A stretch of DNA of 63,652 bases, the filler included, from Octopus bimaculoides (lineage: Eukaryota): NCBI RefSeq assembly GCF_001194135.2. It is 6 parts of 6 records of this genome, joined end to end, with 100 filler letters (N's around TTAATTAATTAA, not from the genome) between each part and the next. Parts side by side here need not be neighbours in the genome. Positions count along the whole stretch, not along the records: positions 1 to 28,885 come from NC_068987.1; 5 more parts are not named here. One strand, written 5' to 3'. Both the position numbers and the translations under genes were made by a program. The notes below the pieces were generated by a model. It had not been told where the DNA came from. It ran no database searches and saw only the letters and a program-made list of their open reading frames with translations. Positions 12,770 through 25,907 of this stretch are shown here, piece after piece; position 1 is the first letter of the stretch; each line of letters opens with the position of its first letter.

Positions 12770-13659
12770 ATATATATATATATATATATNNNNNNNNNNN
12801 NNNNNNNNNNNNNNNNNNNNNNNNNNNNNNNNNNNNNNNNNNNNNNNNNNNNNNNNNNNNNNNNNNNNNNNNNNNNNNNNNNNNNNNNNNNNNNNNNNNN
12901 NNNNNNNNNNNNNNNNNNNNNNNNNNNNNNNNNNNNNNNNNNNNNNNNNNNNNNNNNNNNNNNNNNNNNNNNNNNNNNNNNNNNNNNNNNNNNNNNNNNN
13001 NNNNNNNNNNNNNNNNNNNNNNNNNNNNNNNNNNNNNNNNNNNNNNNNNNNNNNNNNNNNNNNNNNNNNNNNNNNNNNNNNNNNNNNNNNNNNNNNNNNN
13101 NNNNNNNNNNNNNNNNNNNNNNNNNNNNNNNNNNNNNNNNNNNNNNNNNNNNNNNNNNNNNNNNNNNNNNNNNNNNNNNNNNNNNNNNNNNNNNNNNNNN
13201 NNNNNNNNNNNNNNNNNNNNNNNNNNNNNNNNNNNNNNNNNNNNNNNNNNNNNNNNNNNNNNNNNNNNNNNNNNNNNNNNNNNNNNNNNNNNNNNNNNNN
13301 NNNNNNNNNNNNNNNNNNNNNNNNNNNNNNNNNNNNNNNNNNNNNNNNNNNNNNNNNNNNNNNNNNNNNNNNNNNNNNNNNNNNNNNNNNNNNNNNNNNN
13401 NNNNNNNNNNNNNNNNNNNNNNNNNNNNNNNNNNNNNNNNNNNNNNNNNNNNNNNNNNNNNNNNNNNNNNNNNNNNNNNNNNNNNNNNNNNNNNNNNNNN
13501 NNNNNNNNNNNNNNNNNNNNNNNNNNNNNNNNNNNNNNNNNNNNNNNNNNNNNNNNNNNNNNNNNNNNNNNNNNNNNNNNNNNNNNNNNNNNNNNNNNNN
13601 NNNNNNNNNNNNNNNNNNNNNNNNNNNNNNNNNNNNNNNNNNNNNNNNNNNNNNNNNNN

Positions 13660-13697
<38 letters not shown>

Positions 13698-13736
13698 TAT
13701 ATATATATATATACATACATACATATATATATACAT

Positions 13737-13778
<42 letters not shown>

Positions 13779-14745
13779 ACACATATATGAACATAAACAG
13801 ACAGAAGCACATATTGACATCCAGCGAACCACATACACAAACATGCACACACACATGTAATTGTGTATTCAGTAGGGATTACGTTTTGCAACGCAGAGAA
13901 ATGAAAAATAATTGAGTAACAAGGAATTTAGCAAACAGACGACAAACTATGAGTGTGCAACGTCGCAAAACAAAAGGATGATAAATCTTATTAGATTAGT
14001 TAACAGTTTGTTTCTATAGAATTCAGAAGCACCATTGCAAGTTATACATTGTTTCGTATTCGAATTCATCTGTGTAAACAATATGATCGAAGACAGAGGA
14101 GATAAATAATGGGTGTATATACATATTTCAAGAGTTATTGCTCATTCATTCGCATCACATCCAACCCGTCAACTATCCCCGAAAGCATTGATCATATACC
14201 CATCGGGTTTAACCCTATAATCACACTGAATTGACCAATTTACATAAACATGTTTTTGAAATATGGTATTTCAATATCTATTGCTACCAAGGGCACAGTG
14301 TTACGTTTTGCAACCAAATGTATTTCCAAGTATATTAAAGGATTACAAGTCAATATTTTATCTTACTTTTATGTTAGATGGTCTCTTCTTTAAGCTTATC
14401 TCTGCAGATTTTCTAGACAATTCAGTGACGGCACTGCTAGTTATGATGTTTCGTCCACAAATACGCCTACGTAAACAATGAATCGGAAGAGAGAACATAT
14501 ACATTCATACATCTATATATATATATATATATATNNNNNNNNNNTTAAAGTCAATTTATAAAAAATTAAAATTAAATTGAGCTTTACAGATTAAAATATA
14601 TATAAATATATAGTTTTAGGGAAAAGAACCAAGTTTCATGAACTCATCGATGAAAATCTACTATCACATATAGAAAAATTAATAATTAAAAGCACAATAA
14701 ATGAGTATAATACAATACAAAGTAAATATCATAAGATAATAAAAT

Positions 14746-14860
14746 GACTACACGTTTTTCATAACTAACTTTCAAATAGAAAGGAAATTTTAATCGATTT
14801 ATAAAAAAATAAAATTATCGAAAATAAATTCCATTCAAAAATACAGCTAATCGTCAGGTC
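14746..14860 (-). ncRNA. Degenerate hammerhead-like motif (family H4) in an AT-rich PLE-like terminal repeat
   Basis: Minus: GAC-CUGACGA-uuagcu...aguuag(uuau)-GAAA-AACGUG-UA-GUC. Stem I GAC/GUC; stem III is one substitution from the palindrome ACACGUGU. Confidence 0.45.
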
Positions 14861-15515
14861 TTAAATAGAACAATAATAAATAAATATATATATCAACCAA
14901 CAATAAGTACCAAATGAATTTACATAAAATATTTATTTTATAAAGATAGAAAAATTATTAAAAATATCAAAATAATAAACATTCCATAATCATCCCTACA
15001 TCCATTATAATATATGTTAACATGTATATTATAGACAAAAACCAGCTTACATAAATTATTATCGTTTTAAATACAATGTGAACGAAGTTTAAGGTTAACA
15101 TAATAATAAAGATAATATTAGTACATATTTAACCGGTGTAATAGTTAAAGCTAGACTATTTAAAACTAAAAAACGTTTATTTAATTATCATTAAAAATCA
15201 ATTGAATAATAGAAAAATACAAAATACTTATTTCTACAAATGTAGAAATAAAAATAAAAATACGAATGAAAAAATTAAGAATGAAAACAANNNNNNNNNN
15301 TGAATAATAGAAAAATACAAAATACTTATTTCTACAAATGTAGAAATAAAAATAAAAATACGAATGAAAAAATTAAGAATGAAAACAATTATTAAGAATG
15401 AAAAATTAAACTTTATATATACTAAGTTTTAATAAAAAAGACCTTTAACGATATTATAAACAATAAAGACTAATTAGATAGATAGATAGATTGATAAATA
15501 GATAGATAAATTGAC

Positions 15516-15556
<41 letters not shown>

Positions 15557-15799
15557 CATAGATACTCAGGCGCACAGGGTAAAAGAGAACGGAGGTTTTT
15601 CTCTGATGTGGTAACAAATATCAGTCATATAACAGTTTCACACTATCCTTATTCATAAAAAATACATCTGCTGAAGACTCCTAGACATGTAATTTCTTTA
15701 GTTGGAGTTCTTTCGATTAAGTGATTAACATCTATTGTCCACGCAGATAGTAAACAAAACCTACGCTCTGCTTTGAAATGCCACCGCGATCAACTTTAC

Positions 15800-16500
15800 G
15801 TACTATCGTTTCAGAATCGATTAAAAAGAAACGACTAGGGCATTGGATTCAGAGTTGATGCCTTACAGAATTTGTCTCGACACTTTGAATTTTGCGCTCA
15901 CCTCATGCTATATCGACATGAATTGTAGGCTTAATCCAGTGCCTAATTTGTCACAATCACCTAGCATGTTGCACTTAAGATGCCTTTACGACAGTCAACT
16001 CCGAATATAGCTTTGGGGCCAATTTTTCTTGTTTGAAGATAACTTTATCCAACTAATCTTAATTGACTTGTTATGGACGTTATCTTACCCTCTTGACTGA
16101 AAAATATAAGAATCTTAATCTGGAGTGTAAACTCATACTATTTAATGGCTTCATGAGAGTAGGAATAGCAATGTACATGATTCTTTTTAGAACCTAATGA
16201 TAGAATAGGTGGACGTGGTCTGCTGATAGCATACACGGCCCAAATGCTTGTAAGAGAGTACTTTTTGTGATTCTTTTTCCTATACATGATTTTTTTATTA
16301 TTTCAAGACTCTTCCTTCGGTAGTTGTCTATCCTGCCGTCGTCAAATTGCAACATTTTAACTGAGCCTTGTCGACACCGATTGCATCTGCTTTGGGAGGT
16401 CTGCGAATGCATGTGTATTTCTCGTTTCACCAGACCTGACAGAAATATCTCCATTGATAGCGGAAGACATCATGATCAATGCGTTGTTCATAAGATATCC
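15800..16500 (-). pseudogene. Possible highly decayed non-LTR reverse transcriptase remnant
   Basis: Minus-strand peptides INGDIS..., RCRQG and VKMLQFDD loosely resemble RT motifs GxRQG and YADD, but the spacing is wrong and there are many stops. Confidence 0.25.
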
Positions 16501-16895
16501 AGCCACCCATGAATGTTAATTGGATTGGAATGACAGTAACGTTTTCCGAAACTTAATCATGAAACTAGCCAGCTAGGAGCATACCTTTATTCTCAACAGC
16601 TCAGAAGACAATAGCTTGATTTAAAGTCTTGGAATGAACAAATGTAGCTATTTAGAATATTCTGGTTCACTGGATGGCATCTGAAATGAAAGAAAATCGA
16701 CACACACGTTCACACATGCACACCCACAGACCCGTGTACACGCACGCACACAGGCACACACACACACACACACGCACACAAACACACGTTTTCGCAGCCA
16801 AAATTTTGATTTTGTGTATTCTATTCATAAACTAGAATTAATTTTCATAAATTATCATATTTGAATCGAGAATTCTTGTGTACCTGTGTCCACTA

Positions 16896-18330
16896 CAGCA
16901 GTTTCTCAGTATATTCTGTGAACGACACTTCAATTTTCTTCAAAATATTCCGACTAAATGTTTAATTATCCCTGAATCAGTGATATATTTCCATCAGTTT
17001 TTCTAGCAGTACGGATGACGGTGTTGCGTTAATATAAATGTTATTCTATTTTCTAGGACATCAATAGTTATTCAGATCTACTCTCGTGTAGGATTTCATT
17101 ACCGTTTTTCATTTCTAAAATTCTTCACAAATGAAATTCTTCTCAAATGTTCCCCATAATTGCAATTCTTCTAATTCGCTTCGTAAAACTTGAAAGTAAA
17201 TATTCATCGAAAATATTTTTATGAAAACAAAGCGATATAAATAGAATTTATAAGATCATTCAAGTGAGTGGTCAATCAATGTTCCTTCTTATTTGACATT
17301 TTCTATACAACAGTCTAAATTATGTATTAACATTATAGAATTCAGCTTCAATAAATAATTCTTCAATAATATTTCATTAGAGCTTCTATAGCCGTCACGT
17401 TTTTTATATTCAATTACCAACATTAGGAAAACGTCTTTCAACAAATATCTCATTTCCTAAAAAAAAAAGTGTGCTTCTACCTGGTCGTGGAATCTGTAGG
17501 AAATGGCAACCAAATTATCTCATATTACATTTCTACTAACTTCAAAAAGGAAACTACACATGATATAATATATCCCACATATGGAAAGCAGGATGGAACT
17601 GCTGAAATACCTTCGATTATATATCAACTCGAGGTCAATCTGGTGTTTAAAAGCCATAAAATGATTGTGTTATAGCTGTTGTCTACAACTTGGGTGACAA
17701 TGATTTAAGAAGGCTCTGATGAATTTGCTTTCTTCCAGTGACAGCTTTCTTCTTCAGGTATCACATATCTAATACTGTACAGTTGCATTAGCTGTCATCA
17801 TATTAAAAGTGGAAGTATATGTTTTAAGAATGAGTTGACTGCTTTTTCATGCAGATCCGTCAAACTTCTGGTGATTCTATTATATTAACTTATCTTATTT
17901 GATTCATCTTAAGATGAATCAATCATATTACTATAGGAATTCTACAAAATTTAAGATAAATCGTTCAAGTAAGCTATTTCTTCTTTCGTGACATAGTCAT
18001 GGAGAAAGAAAATCATGTTGCATGTACAAAGTATTGGTATTGCATTGGCTACAAATGTGTCCAAAAATTATCCATCTTCAGCTTTGTATTAAAAACCATA
18101 ACTTGCATCTAAACAAGACGACAGTTTGTAGTGTTGTCGGTACTGTCCGTAAATCAATGACTAATTGCATTACTTTTAATTTATGAACCTAAATGCTGCT
18201 GTGATTATCTTTGCTTTTAACAGAATAACTACTTGCTAAAAATTTGGAAACAGTGAATCAGCAGTGATATCTCCCATCGATTTATGTTATATGCCGTCGA
18301 TAGAAAATAAAGATAACTTTTTGATGTCTT
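16896..18330 (-). mobile_element. Possible decayed hAT transposon 3' part
   Basis: hAT-like terminus cagcagtttctca at 16896. Minus-strand remnants KLSLF..GD...LFPNF, ..MDNFW.. and PEV*RICMKKQSTHS* resemble the hAT C-terminal dimerisation region. Confidence 0.4.
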
Positions 18331-18543
18331 GCTTTTCTTTCTGCTGGATTTCGTTCGTGCACTCATCCTCATTAAGCTTGACTGTGGGTAGTAACCGTTC
18401 TGAGTAACCGTTCTGTTGTCGTCCATGTAAAATGTATCACTCATGACTAACATACTTGATAATACAGTTCTATATTTAAGAGATAAGGAATTATGTACAT
18501 TATTTACAATTGACGGATATTTGTCCTCATCTTGTTTGTTGTT

Positions 18544-18589
18544 AACACAACGTTACGGCTGATATGCCCTCCAGCCTTCATCAGATGTC
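18544..18589 (-). ncRNA. Minimal type-I hammerhead (family H1), GUAA variant
   Basis: Minus: GACAU-CUGAUGA-A-GGCUG(gagggcauau)CAGCC-GUAA-CG-UU-GUGUU. Confidence 0.65.
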
Positions 18590-18632
18590 TTGGGAAATTT
18601 TGAACCTGGCTTCTCATTCCTAAGGTATGTTG

Positions 18633-18704
<72 letters not shown>

Positions 18705-18821
18705 TCACTGCGTGGAATCAAACTTGGAATCTCGGGGTTAGTAGGCCGCGATCTTAACCACTACGTCATATGCCCGTGGGAAATTATGGAGTGAATTTTA
18801 GGGCTTATAAATCTAATATTC

Positions 18822-19434
18822 TCCTAAGTAGCGATCGTGATACCAATCACGAAGAAATGGTCAAGCTCAGTAACAATCTCTTAAGCAACAACTACCCCAA
18901 AAGCATGCTCTCCACTCAAATTATGCAGAAAAGAGAGGACGAAACCGATAAACTGTCCACAGTCTGTCTACCTTACGTGAAAGGCCTCTCCGAAACGATA
19001 CAAAAGATATGCGGCCCATATGACATCAGGGCAGTATTCAAGAGCAATACAACACTTTGCAATTATCTCTACCACCAGTAGAAGAGAATATGACAAAAGA
19101 CTGCGTATACTCCATCCCATGCAGCTGTGGTAGGTTATACAAAGGCGAAAGATGTCGCCCTCTCAAAATAAGGGTAGAGGAATATCGCAAAGCTGTTACA
19201 CGGGGAGATATTGATAAATCAAGTATAGCTGATCATGTATGGAGAAATTGAAATCACCTCCCCCTGTGGGATGAAGTTAAAATAATAGACAGAGAACACG
19301 ACTGGGAAATACGAAAACTAAAAGAAGCAGCACATATGCTAGGACATAACAACCTCCTAAGCAGACAGAGTGCAGATATGAGCAGCAAATGGGAACCGGT
19401 ATTAAGGAAGGATAGAAAAATATTAGATTTATAA
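18822..19434 (+). pseudogene. PLE ORF C-terminus: linker and GIY-YIG endonuclease (frameshift and stop)
   Basis: VCLPYVKGLSETIQKICGPYDIRAVFKSNTTL, then CVYSIPCSCGRLYKGE.CRPLKIRVEEYRKAV...SSIADHVW...WDEVKIIDREHDWEIRKLKEAAHM. Confidence 0.9.
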
Positions 19435-19463
19435 GCCCTAAAATTCACTCCATAATTGCCTAC

Positions 19464-19534
19464 GGGCATACAGCGTAGCGGTTATGACCGCGGGCTACTA
19501 ACTCCAAGATTCTGTGTTCGATTCCAGGTGGTGA

Positions 19535-19536
<2 letters not shown>
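19464..19536 (+). promoter_or_regulatory. tRNA-like Pol III A/B-box segment inside the PLE pseudo-LTR
   Basis: gggcatacagcgtagcggtt...gggCTACTAActcc...GTTCGATTCCaggtggtgacc. Homologous copies at ~18703-18778 (minus) and 35334-35407. The acceptor stem does not pair, so this is not a tRNA gene. Confidence 0.65.
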
Positions 19537-19570
<34 letters not shown>

Positions 19571-19619
19571 CATCGAAAAATACCTTAGGAATGAGAAGCC
19601 ATGTTCGAAATTTCCCCAA

Positions 19620-19665
19620 GACACCTGATGAAGGCTGGAGGGTATATCAGCCGTAAGGTTGTGTT
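19620..19665 (+). ncRNA. Minimal type-I hammerhead (family H1), degenerate
   Basis: GACAC-CUGAUGA-A-GGCUG(gaggguauau)CAGCC-GUAA-GG-UU-GUGUU. Confidence 0.6.
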
Positions 19666-19842
19666 AACAACAAACAAGATGAGGACAAATATCCGTCAAT
19701 TGTAAATAATGCAATAACGTAACATACTTGAAGTAAGCCACTTGAAGTAAGTTTTATACATGAATAAACTACAATTTTCGTAGTTTGATCATTTTGTTTC
19801 TCCAATCGCTTGGTGCAGCAGCCCCGCTGTGATGGTCTTCAA

Positions 19843-20062
19843 CCCTTTTGCACTCGGAATATTCTGTCAAGCGTAATGTTTATTTGCTCAACTTGGCTTG
19901 AATTAACTATGCATTATCTCACTGCTCTTAGATTTCAATGACGTGATAGTATATTTGTTGAATGGCGTTGTAAGGTAGGTGCGAGAGCCCGAATCTAATC
20001 AATTTAGACATAAAAGATGAAGATTTTGGGGGCCTGATATGAACGGTTTAAATGCTAAAGGG
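19843..20062. mobile_element. piggyBac-like MITE
   Basis: Ends CCCTTTTGCA...TGCTAAAGGG, flanked by TCAA and TTAA (TTAA-type TSD); 220 bp. Confidence 0.65.
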
Positions 20063-20698
20063 TTAAGAAGTGCTGCTGACATCTGAAAGGGTGGGCAGCT
20101 GTCGTACATAAGCTTCCTTTCACTGATTCAAGTAGATAGCTAGCAACTATCACTGTTTTGTAGACGCTAAGACTGGTTAAGGAAAGGGGTAGAAGCGACT
20201 ATGGTTTGATGTCATCTCAAAAGGTCACTTATCCAGCCCCCCAACCCCACCAAAAGCTACTAAACCAGTCACAGGATTAAGTAAGCCACCGAGACAAAGA
20301 ACAGTCCACACAACAAGCTTCAACGGATTCTCTCTTTATCCAGTTATCATCCTAACGCTTCAATTATGTTAAAAGCAGGTGCGCTACCTGACTTGTATTT
20401 GTATCGAAACTGAGACTGCATCATTGCACTTCTAAAGCAAACGGCTCTAGTTGACACCAGTTACAGATTAGGCAATAAAATAATACTTATCGAATTGTAT
20501 TCATTTAGCCTAACCGTATACACATACACTCATACAGGCACATATAATTTATATAAATATTTCTTAACAGCATTCATGTCAACGAATTTAAATGCAGAAA
20601 CGCCCCATACATACATACTTAAGTAGATACAAGCATACAGGCATACAGACACACGTGTATACATACATACATAAATACGCGCGCACGTGCACACACAC

Positions 20699-20738
<40 letters not shown>

Positions 20739-20764
20739 GTATATATACACATATTTATGCATGC

Positions 20765-20795
<31 letters not shown>

Positions 20796-20864
20796 NNNNN
20801 NNNNNTATATATATATATATATACATAATACATACACATTTATATACATAATACATATACACGG

Positions 20865-20905
<41 letters not shown>

Positions 20906-23900
20906 CATACACACATATATATATATATATACATATGTATATATGCATACATACATAAATACAGGTAAATATTTGAATGCAGTCCAAATTAAGTTACCTG
21001 CTATTTGTGAATACATGCAATCAATGTATTATGAATGGTGAAAACATATAAGTTTCTGAAGAGCAAATTTTGAAACGAAAATTCTTTATATTTTCATTAG
21101 TATTTGTTTGGGCGTTTTGGTGGATGCATTTATTCAGATATATCTTAATTTGATTCGTTATGCGTGGTTTCTGTAATATTTTCATTTTCCACCTGGGAGA
21201 CAACATGAACGTTATATATTTATTTGTTGTCATGCTCCTCACCTAATCTAATGTGTCCCCAATAAAGTAACTATCTTCATATGTAATTATTTGTAATTAT
21301 TTCCGTGTTTCCTGTATTCATATGACATTGCGCCCAGAAGATTGAATTCCTGCGGGCAAATATCGCCCAGCAGCTTCTTGTATTGTTGTTACTATTATTA
21401 CTATGATTACTATTTTTATTTTTATCATTAGTATTGTGTTGGTGTTGTTGTTGTTGTTGATGGTAGTGGTGCTGGAGTGGTAGAATTGTTTCAAAGTCAG
21501 AAAAATATCCGTGTTCAAATCACGCTGAGTTAACTTTGGCTTTCACCCTTTCGTGGACGATGATCAGTCTAGTATTGAGTTCGAAAATGTCACATGCCCT
21601 GTCCACTTAAAAATTAATGTTCCTATGTCTAAATCATCGCCATTATTGTACATTTCCAAATGGAAACTAGATTATATGGTGAGTCTAGAATCCGCGAGAT
21701 TTTACTTAGAAAACGCACTGTAACCAACAGGCTCACAACGATACCAGCCCTTCACCAATTATTCAATGCAAAACAAGAAGTCTGCATAATCAATGCTAGG
21801 GTCCGTTTTCTGAGACACGAACAAAAAAAGAAAGTCGTTCCATGGGCAGTGAATATCTGGCCCGTAACTCACCAATTAGAGTAAATCTTGAAGTGAAAAC
21901 CAGGCAGTTCGCCGATCGTGCAGCAATCTACGGTTTCCCGTTTTTCAATAGCTGTTCACAGAGTGTTTTGGTAGGCCATCGAAGAAAGAAGTTATGTCCA
22001 TTCTGTGATATGCTTCAAAATTTCCTTAATGTTGAACAGGTGTGATCGACGTTTGCCATACGCGCTTTTTATCAGCTGGTCTCTTTCGCAGAACTGTAAA
22101 TCTGAGTCAAGTTAAAACCTATAAAGGGCGCTTGGAATGTAGAATATTGACAAGTTCTCACAGTTCTCTATCAGTTGGACAAAGCACTCGGTGGAAATTA
22201 GCGTTCAGTGAGGGATTAGTGCCGAGCGGATGTGTAGGTGTCCAATGGAGACTCTGGACAAAATCAACCGCTGCTCTACTCCAGATGACTCAGTTCGAGC
22301 CTTCGGATAATTTCTATAAGTTCCTGAACTGTTGATGCTAACGGAGAGGGCGTTGACTGTCGGAAATAAATTCGGCAAGCATCGTAGTACAGTCAGCTGT
22401 ACTTATCCGAGATGCACGAGCAGTGATGAAACTGTTCCGCATGGCCACATCTAATTTTTGAGTATTGCTTACTCATGTGTTCAAGTCGGACAGTTGCCGT
22501 CACGTGTACGCCGTCATTTTTGTTTATCAACTGGGTAGGCAGCTTCATTTGTCTGGTGGTTATGGCGAAAACGGATATATGATTGACAAGAATGAAACGG
22601 CTGGAGACAGACACTTTGACAGACACTTTCCTCTTTAGACAAGACCTCATAATTTATTTCAGCAGTCACAGGAAAAAGAAAACTGTGTGAGAATGGCGAA
22701 CATGATCCGAGTAAGCAGTCCTTTTCAGAGTTTTTGCCTTCATATTCAGGGATGACCGATTGGCATTAATGCTTTCCAAAGTAATCAAGGTGATAGTAGT
22801 TTTTGTGGGGTTTGCGCAAGTAAACTTCTGAGATCTTAACCTACAGAGGAATTGAAAATATTGAAGTGTATTAAGGTTTTCGGCTACTGTGTAACTTTTG
22901 CATTACACCCTGTGTATACGTTCAAACCCAGTCTGTTTTCTAAGTTTGGTACCCATGACTTTTCTACCCTTTACTAGGCTATTATAGACAATTAAGGAAT
23001 CGTTATTCTGACAGTTTGTTATCCGAAAAAGGCATTACTTGTAAATGTATTTCCTTGTTCATATGTTCAGAAGTTATCAGGTATAAAATTTTGTTATACT
23101 ATATTTCTAAATGAATTAGACCCACATAGTGCTAGATGGTTTGTTTGTGTTTTCAGTCCTATCAGGTTCATAATGGAGGGCGGTTCATATGCAGATTTAT
23201 TAGAAGCTAAGAAACAAGACTTGAGATAATAGTTTTAGCCTTTTACAATGTGAGTTAAAATCCCTCGAGATCGACTTTGCTTTACTTCTGCACTCGGTCG
23301 TCAATAAAATAAGTTGCCAATAAAATTCTGAGATCGGTAGCATTACCTCTTCTAAAATGCGAGGTCTCACTTTAATCATTATTTAGTAGCTATATTTCTA
23401 TTGCGTTTCCATTGCTTTTTTTCTTCGAAGGGCAATGGTCCGTGAATACGTGCACGTTTGTATTTTGGTTCAGTATTTTCCTTTATTTTACTTAAATGTT
23501 TTGCTTAACATGTGTGCATTGTGTAGTTATGGTAGGTTGTATGTATTTGTTAGCCGTGGTTTTTTTTTTAATTATATAAGATATGTGTTTAGCGTGCATC
23601 CTATTCATTCCCAAGTAATCTTTCTCAAGTAATGCTAGTTTTCTTATGTCGTATATATTTGTCAGTCATGGAAATTTTGATATGCCGTGCTTGATTTCTG
23701 ATCATTTCTTCGTCATCTATTGTTATAGGCGACTCAGAATGGGTTCTGAAAAGTGGGAAGACGACTGAAATGATAAAGGTAGCAGAGGAGGGAAGAGACA
23801 TTATTTCTCCAGATTAGGAGTGGAGGTCAGATGTGATGTAGTTCTTACTACATTGATGATGCAGAATGGCCAGGGAAAATTAAACCCAGTGAGAAAATGA

Positions 23901-23995
23901 CAAGGGTCCTAAGAGAGTGTGGCTACTGAGGGTGAATGGGTGAGTGTTCGTGGAGGAGTCATACGTTAGCTCGTTTCTATAGATCTGTATAGACG

Positions 23996-23998
<3 letters not shown>

Positions 23999-24047
<49 letters not shown>

Positions 24048-24135
24048 ATGAAAGAATGAATGAATGCAAGAATGAATGAATGAATGAATGAATGAAAGAA
24101 TGAATGAATGAAAGAATGAATGAATGAATGAATGA
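23999..24135. repeat. (GA)n plus (GAAT)n microsatellite
   Basis: Directly visible. Confidence 0.95.
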
Positions 24136-25476
24136 AATACAGAAGGGAAGACAGAGCAAGGTATAAAAGATTCTGACGAGAATAAGAGTTATGTCAAGGG
24201 GGAAGTGTTTATGAAGAAGTAAACGGGACACTGTCAAGGCAGTAATGGTGTTAGCTTGATCGAAATCTCTTGCAAAGTTGTTTTCAGGATTTCTTCTCTC
24301 TTTTTAACAACACATATTATGAGCTGCCTCGTTAAAATATTATGTCGAAAGTATTAATATTGAAAGTATTAATAAAGCAAAAATTTACAAATCTATAATT
24401 TAATAACAAATTTTATTTGCTCTTATAATGTAATGATAATAATAATTCTTAAAAGCTTTTAGCATTTTTTTTCTAGATATTATTATAGGACAGATTTGAA
24501 CAGAAAATAACGAAATATATACACAACACAATAGTGACTAAATCACACGTTCATTAATGAAGGTTTGAAAATATATATAATGATGTTATAAGGAGGTCAG
24601 AGAATAAGAGTGAAAATTGGCCTCTATTTCATGTTTACTTTTCGTCACCATTTCAAATCAGTCAATTCTTGAATGAACTCGTTTTAACTCATATAATATG
24701 TATACTAAACAGCGTGTCTTATTGCATATCCATGTATGTGCAACACATATTCCGAATACTGTTCTACATGCATAACTACATACACACATACATACATACA
24801 CACGCACACATACATGCATGCATACACACACATACATACATATATATATACATATGTATATATATGCATNNNNNNNNNNNNNNNNNNNNNNNNNNNNNNN
24901 NNNTAAATGTGTGTGCGTGTATGTGTGTTTATATATATATATATATACATACTGTACGATTTTGTATTTAAAGTTTTGTATTTTTGTTCGTTCTAGTGTT
25001 TAAGTAGGTGATAAGTGGTAAAACTTAGAATGGTGTTTGGCAAATAACTAGCATTAGTGTTGAGGCTAAAAATGTTTGCTTCAATCTGGAAACAATTGTG
25101 TGAGATAATTCCCAACGAGGAATATTTTATTATATTTCTTGGAATCACTCTAACACACAAATTGGATAATGTCACCACAAAGGAACACGGACATTTCACA
25201 CTTTCAAATTCTCCTAAATGATTTGGCTATGTTGCCGGTACTTTTACGCCCAAATTGGATAGCGTATTGCAGAGACAATATTTATGTGGTAAGTGTTTGC
25301 ATATTGAAGATTATTTTCCCTGAAAGTTATGTCTTTATACTCGTATGTATAAGCATGATCGAAATATTTTTGTTTTCTCTCATGAAAGAAATAATAGGAA
25401 AAGTACTACAAGTCAATTAACAATTTTCAATAAAATAAGACACCTTTATGATTCTTGCTCATTTCCTCCTATAGAT

Positions 25477-25907
25477 AATCTTTTCTACTTCAGGCACAAT
25501 GCCCGAAAGTTTTGGTGAGGGGGCCAGTCGATAAGATCGACCCCAGTGCGCAACTGGTACTTAATTTATCGACCTCGAAAGGATGCTAGGCAAAGTCGAC
25601 CTTGACGGAATTCGAACTCAGAACGTAAAGACAGACGAAATACCGCTAAGCATTTCGCCCGGCGTGCTAATCTTTCTTATTTCTATATTGCCCACAAGGG
25701 GCTAATCATAGAGAGTCAAACAAGGACAGACAAACGGATGAAGTCGATTATATCGACCCCAGTGCATAACTGGTACTTATTTAATCGATCCCGAAAGGAT
25801 GAAAGGCTAAGTCGACCTCGGCGGAATTTGAACTCAGAATGTAACGGCAGACGAAATACCGCTAAGCATTTCATCCGGTGTGCTAACGTTTCTGCCAGCT
25901 CGCCGCC
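25477..25907 (-). mobile_element. Dimeric tRNA-headed SINE (monomer with tail X followed by monomer with tail Y)
   Basis: Head ggcgagctggcagaaacgttagc, B box GTTCAAATTCC, central gtcgactt..cctttcatcctttcgg..gtaccag. The second monomer starts directly after ...gtgggcaatatagaaataagaa. Confidence 0.85.

Larger units (their letters stand above)
18460..19719 (+). mobile_element. 5'-truncated Penelope/Poseidon-type element with inverted pseudo-LTR; 12-bp TSD
   Basis: TSD taacatacttga at 18448-18459 and 19720-19731. 18460-18820 is the reverse complement of 19419-19711 plus a tail. The interior encodes a linker and GIY-YIG remnant. Confidence 0.92.

Noticed and set aside
15207-15388. Exact duplication on either side of a 10-N gap
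   Set aside because: Typical unmerged contig overlap.
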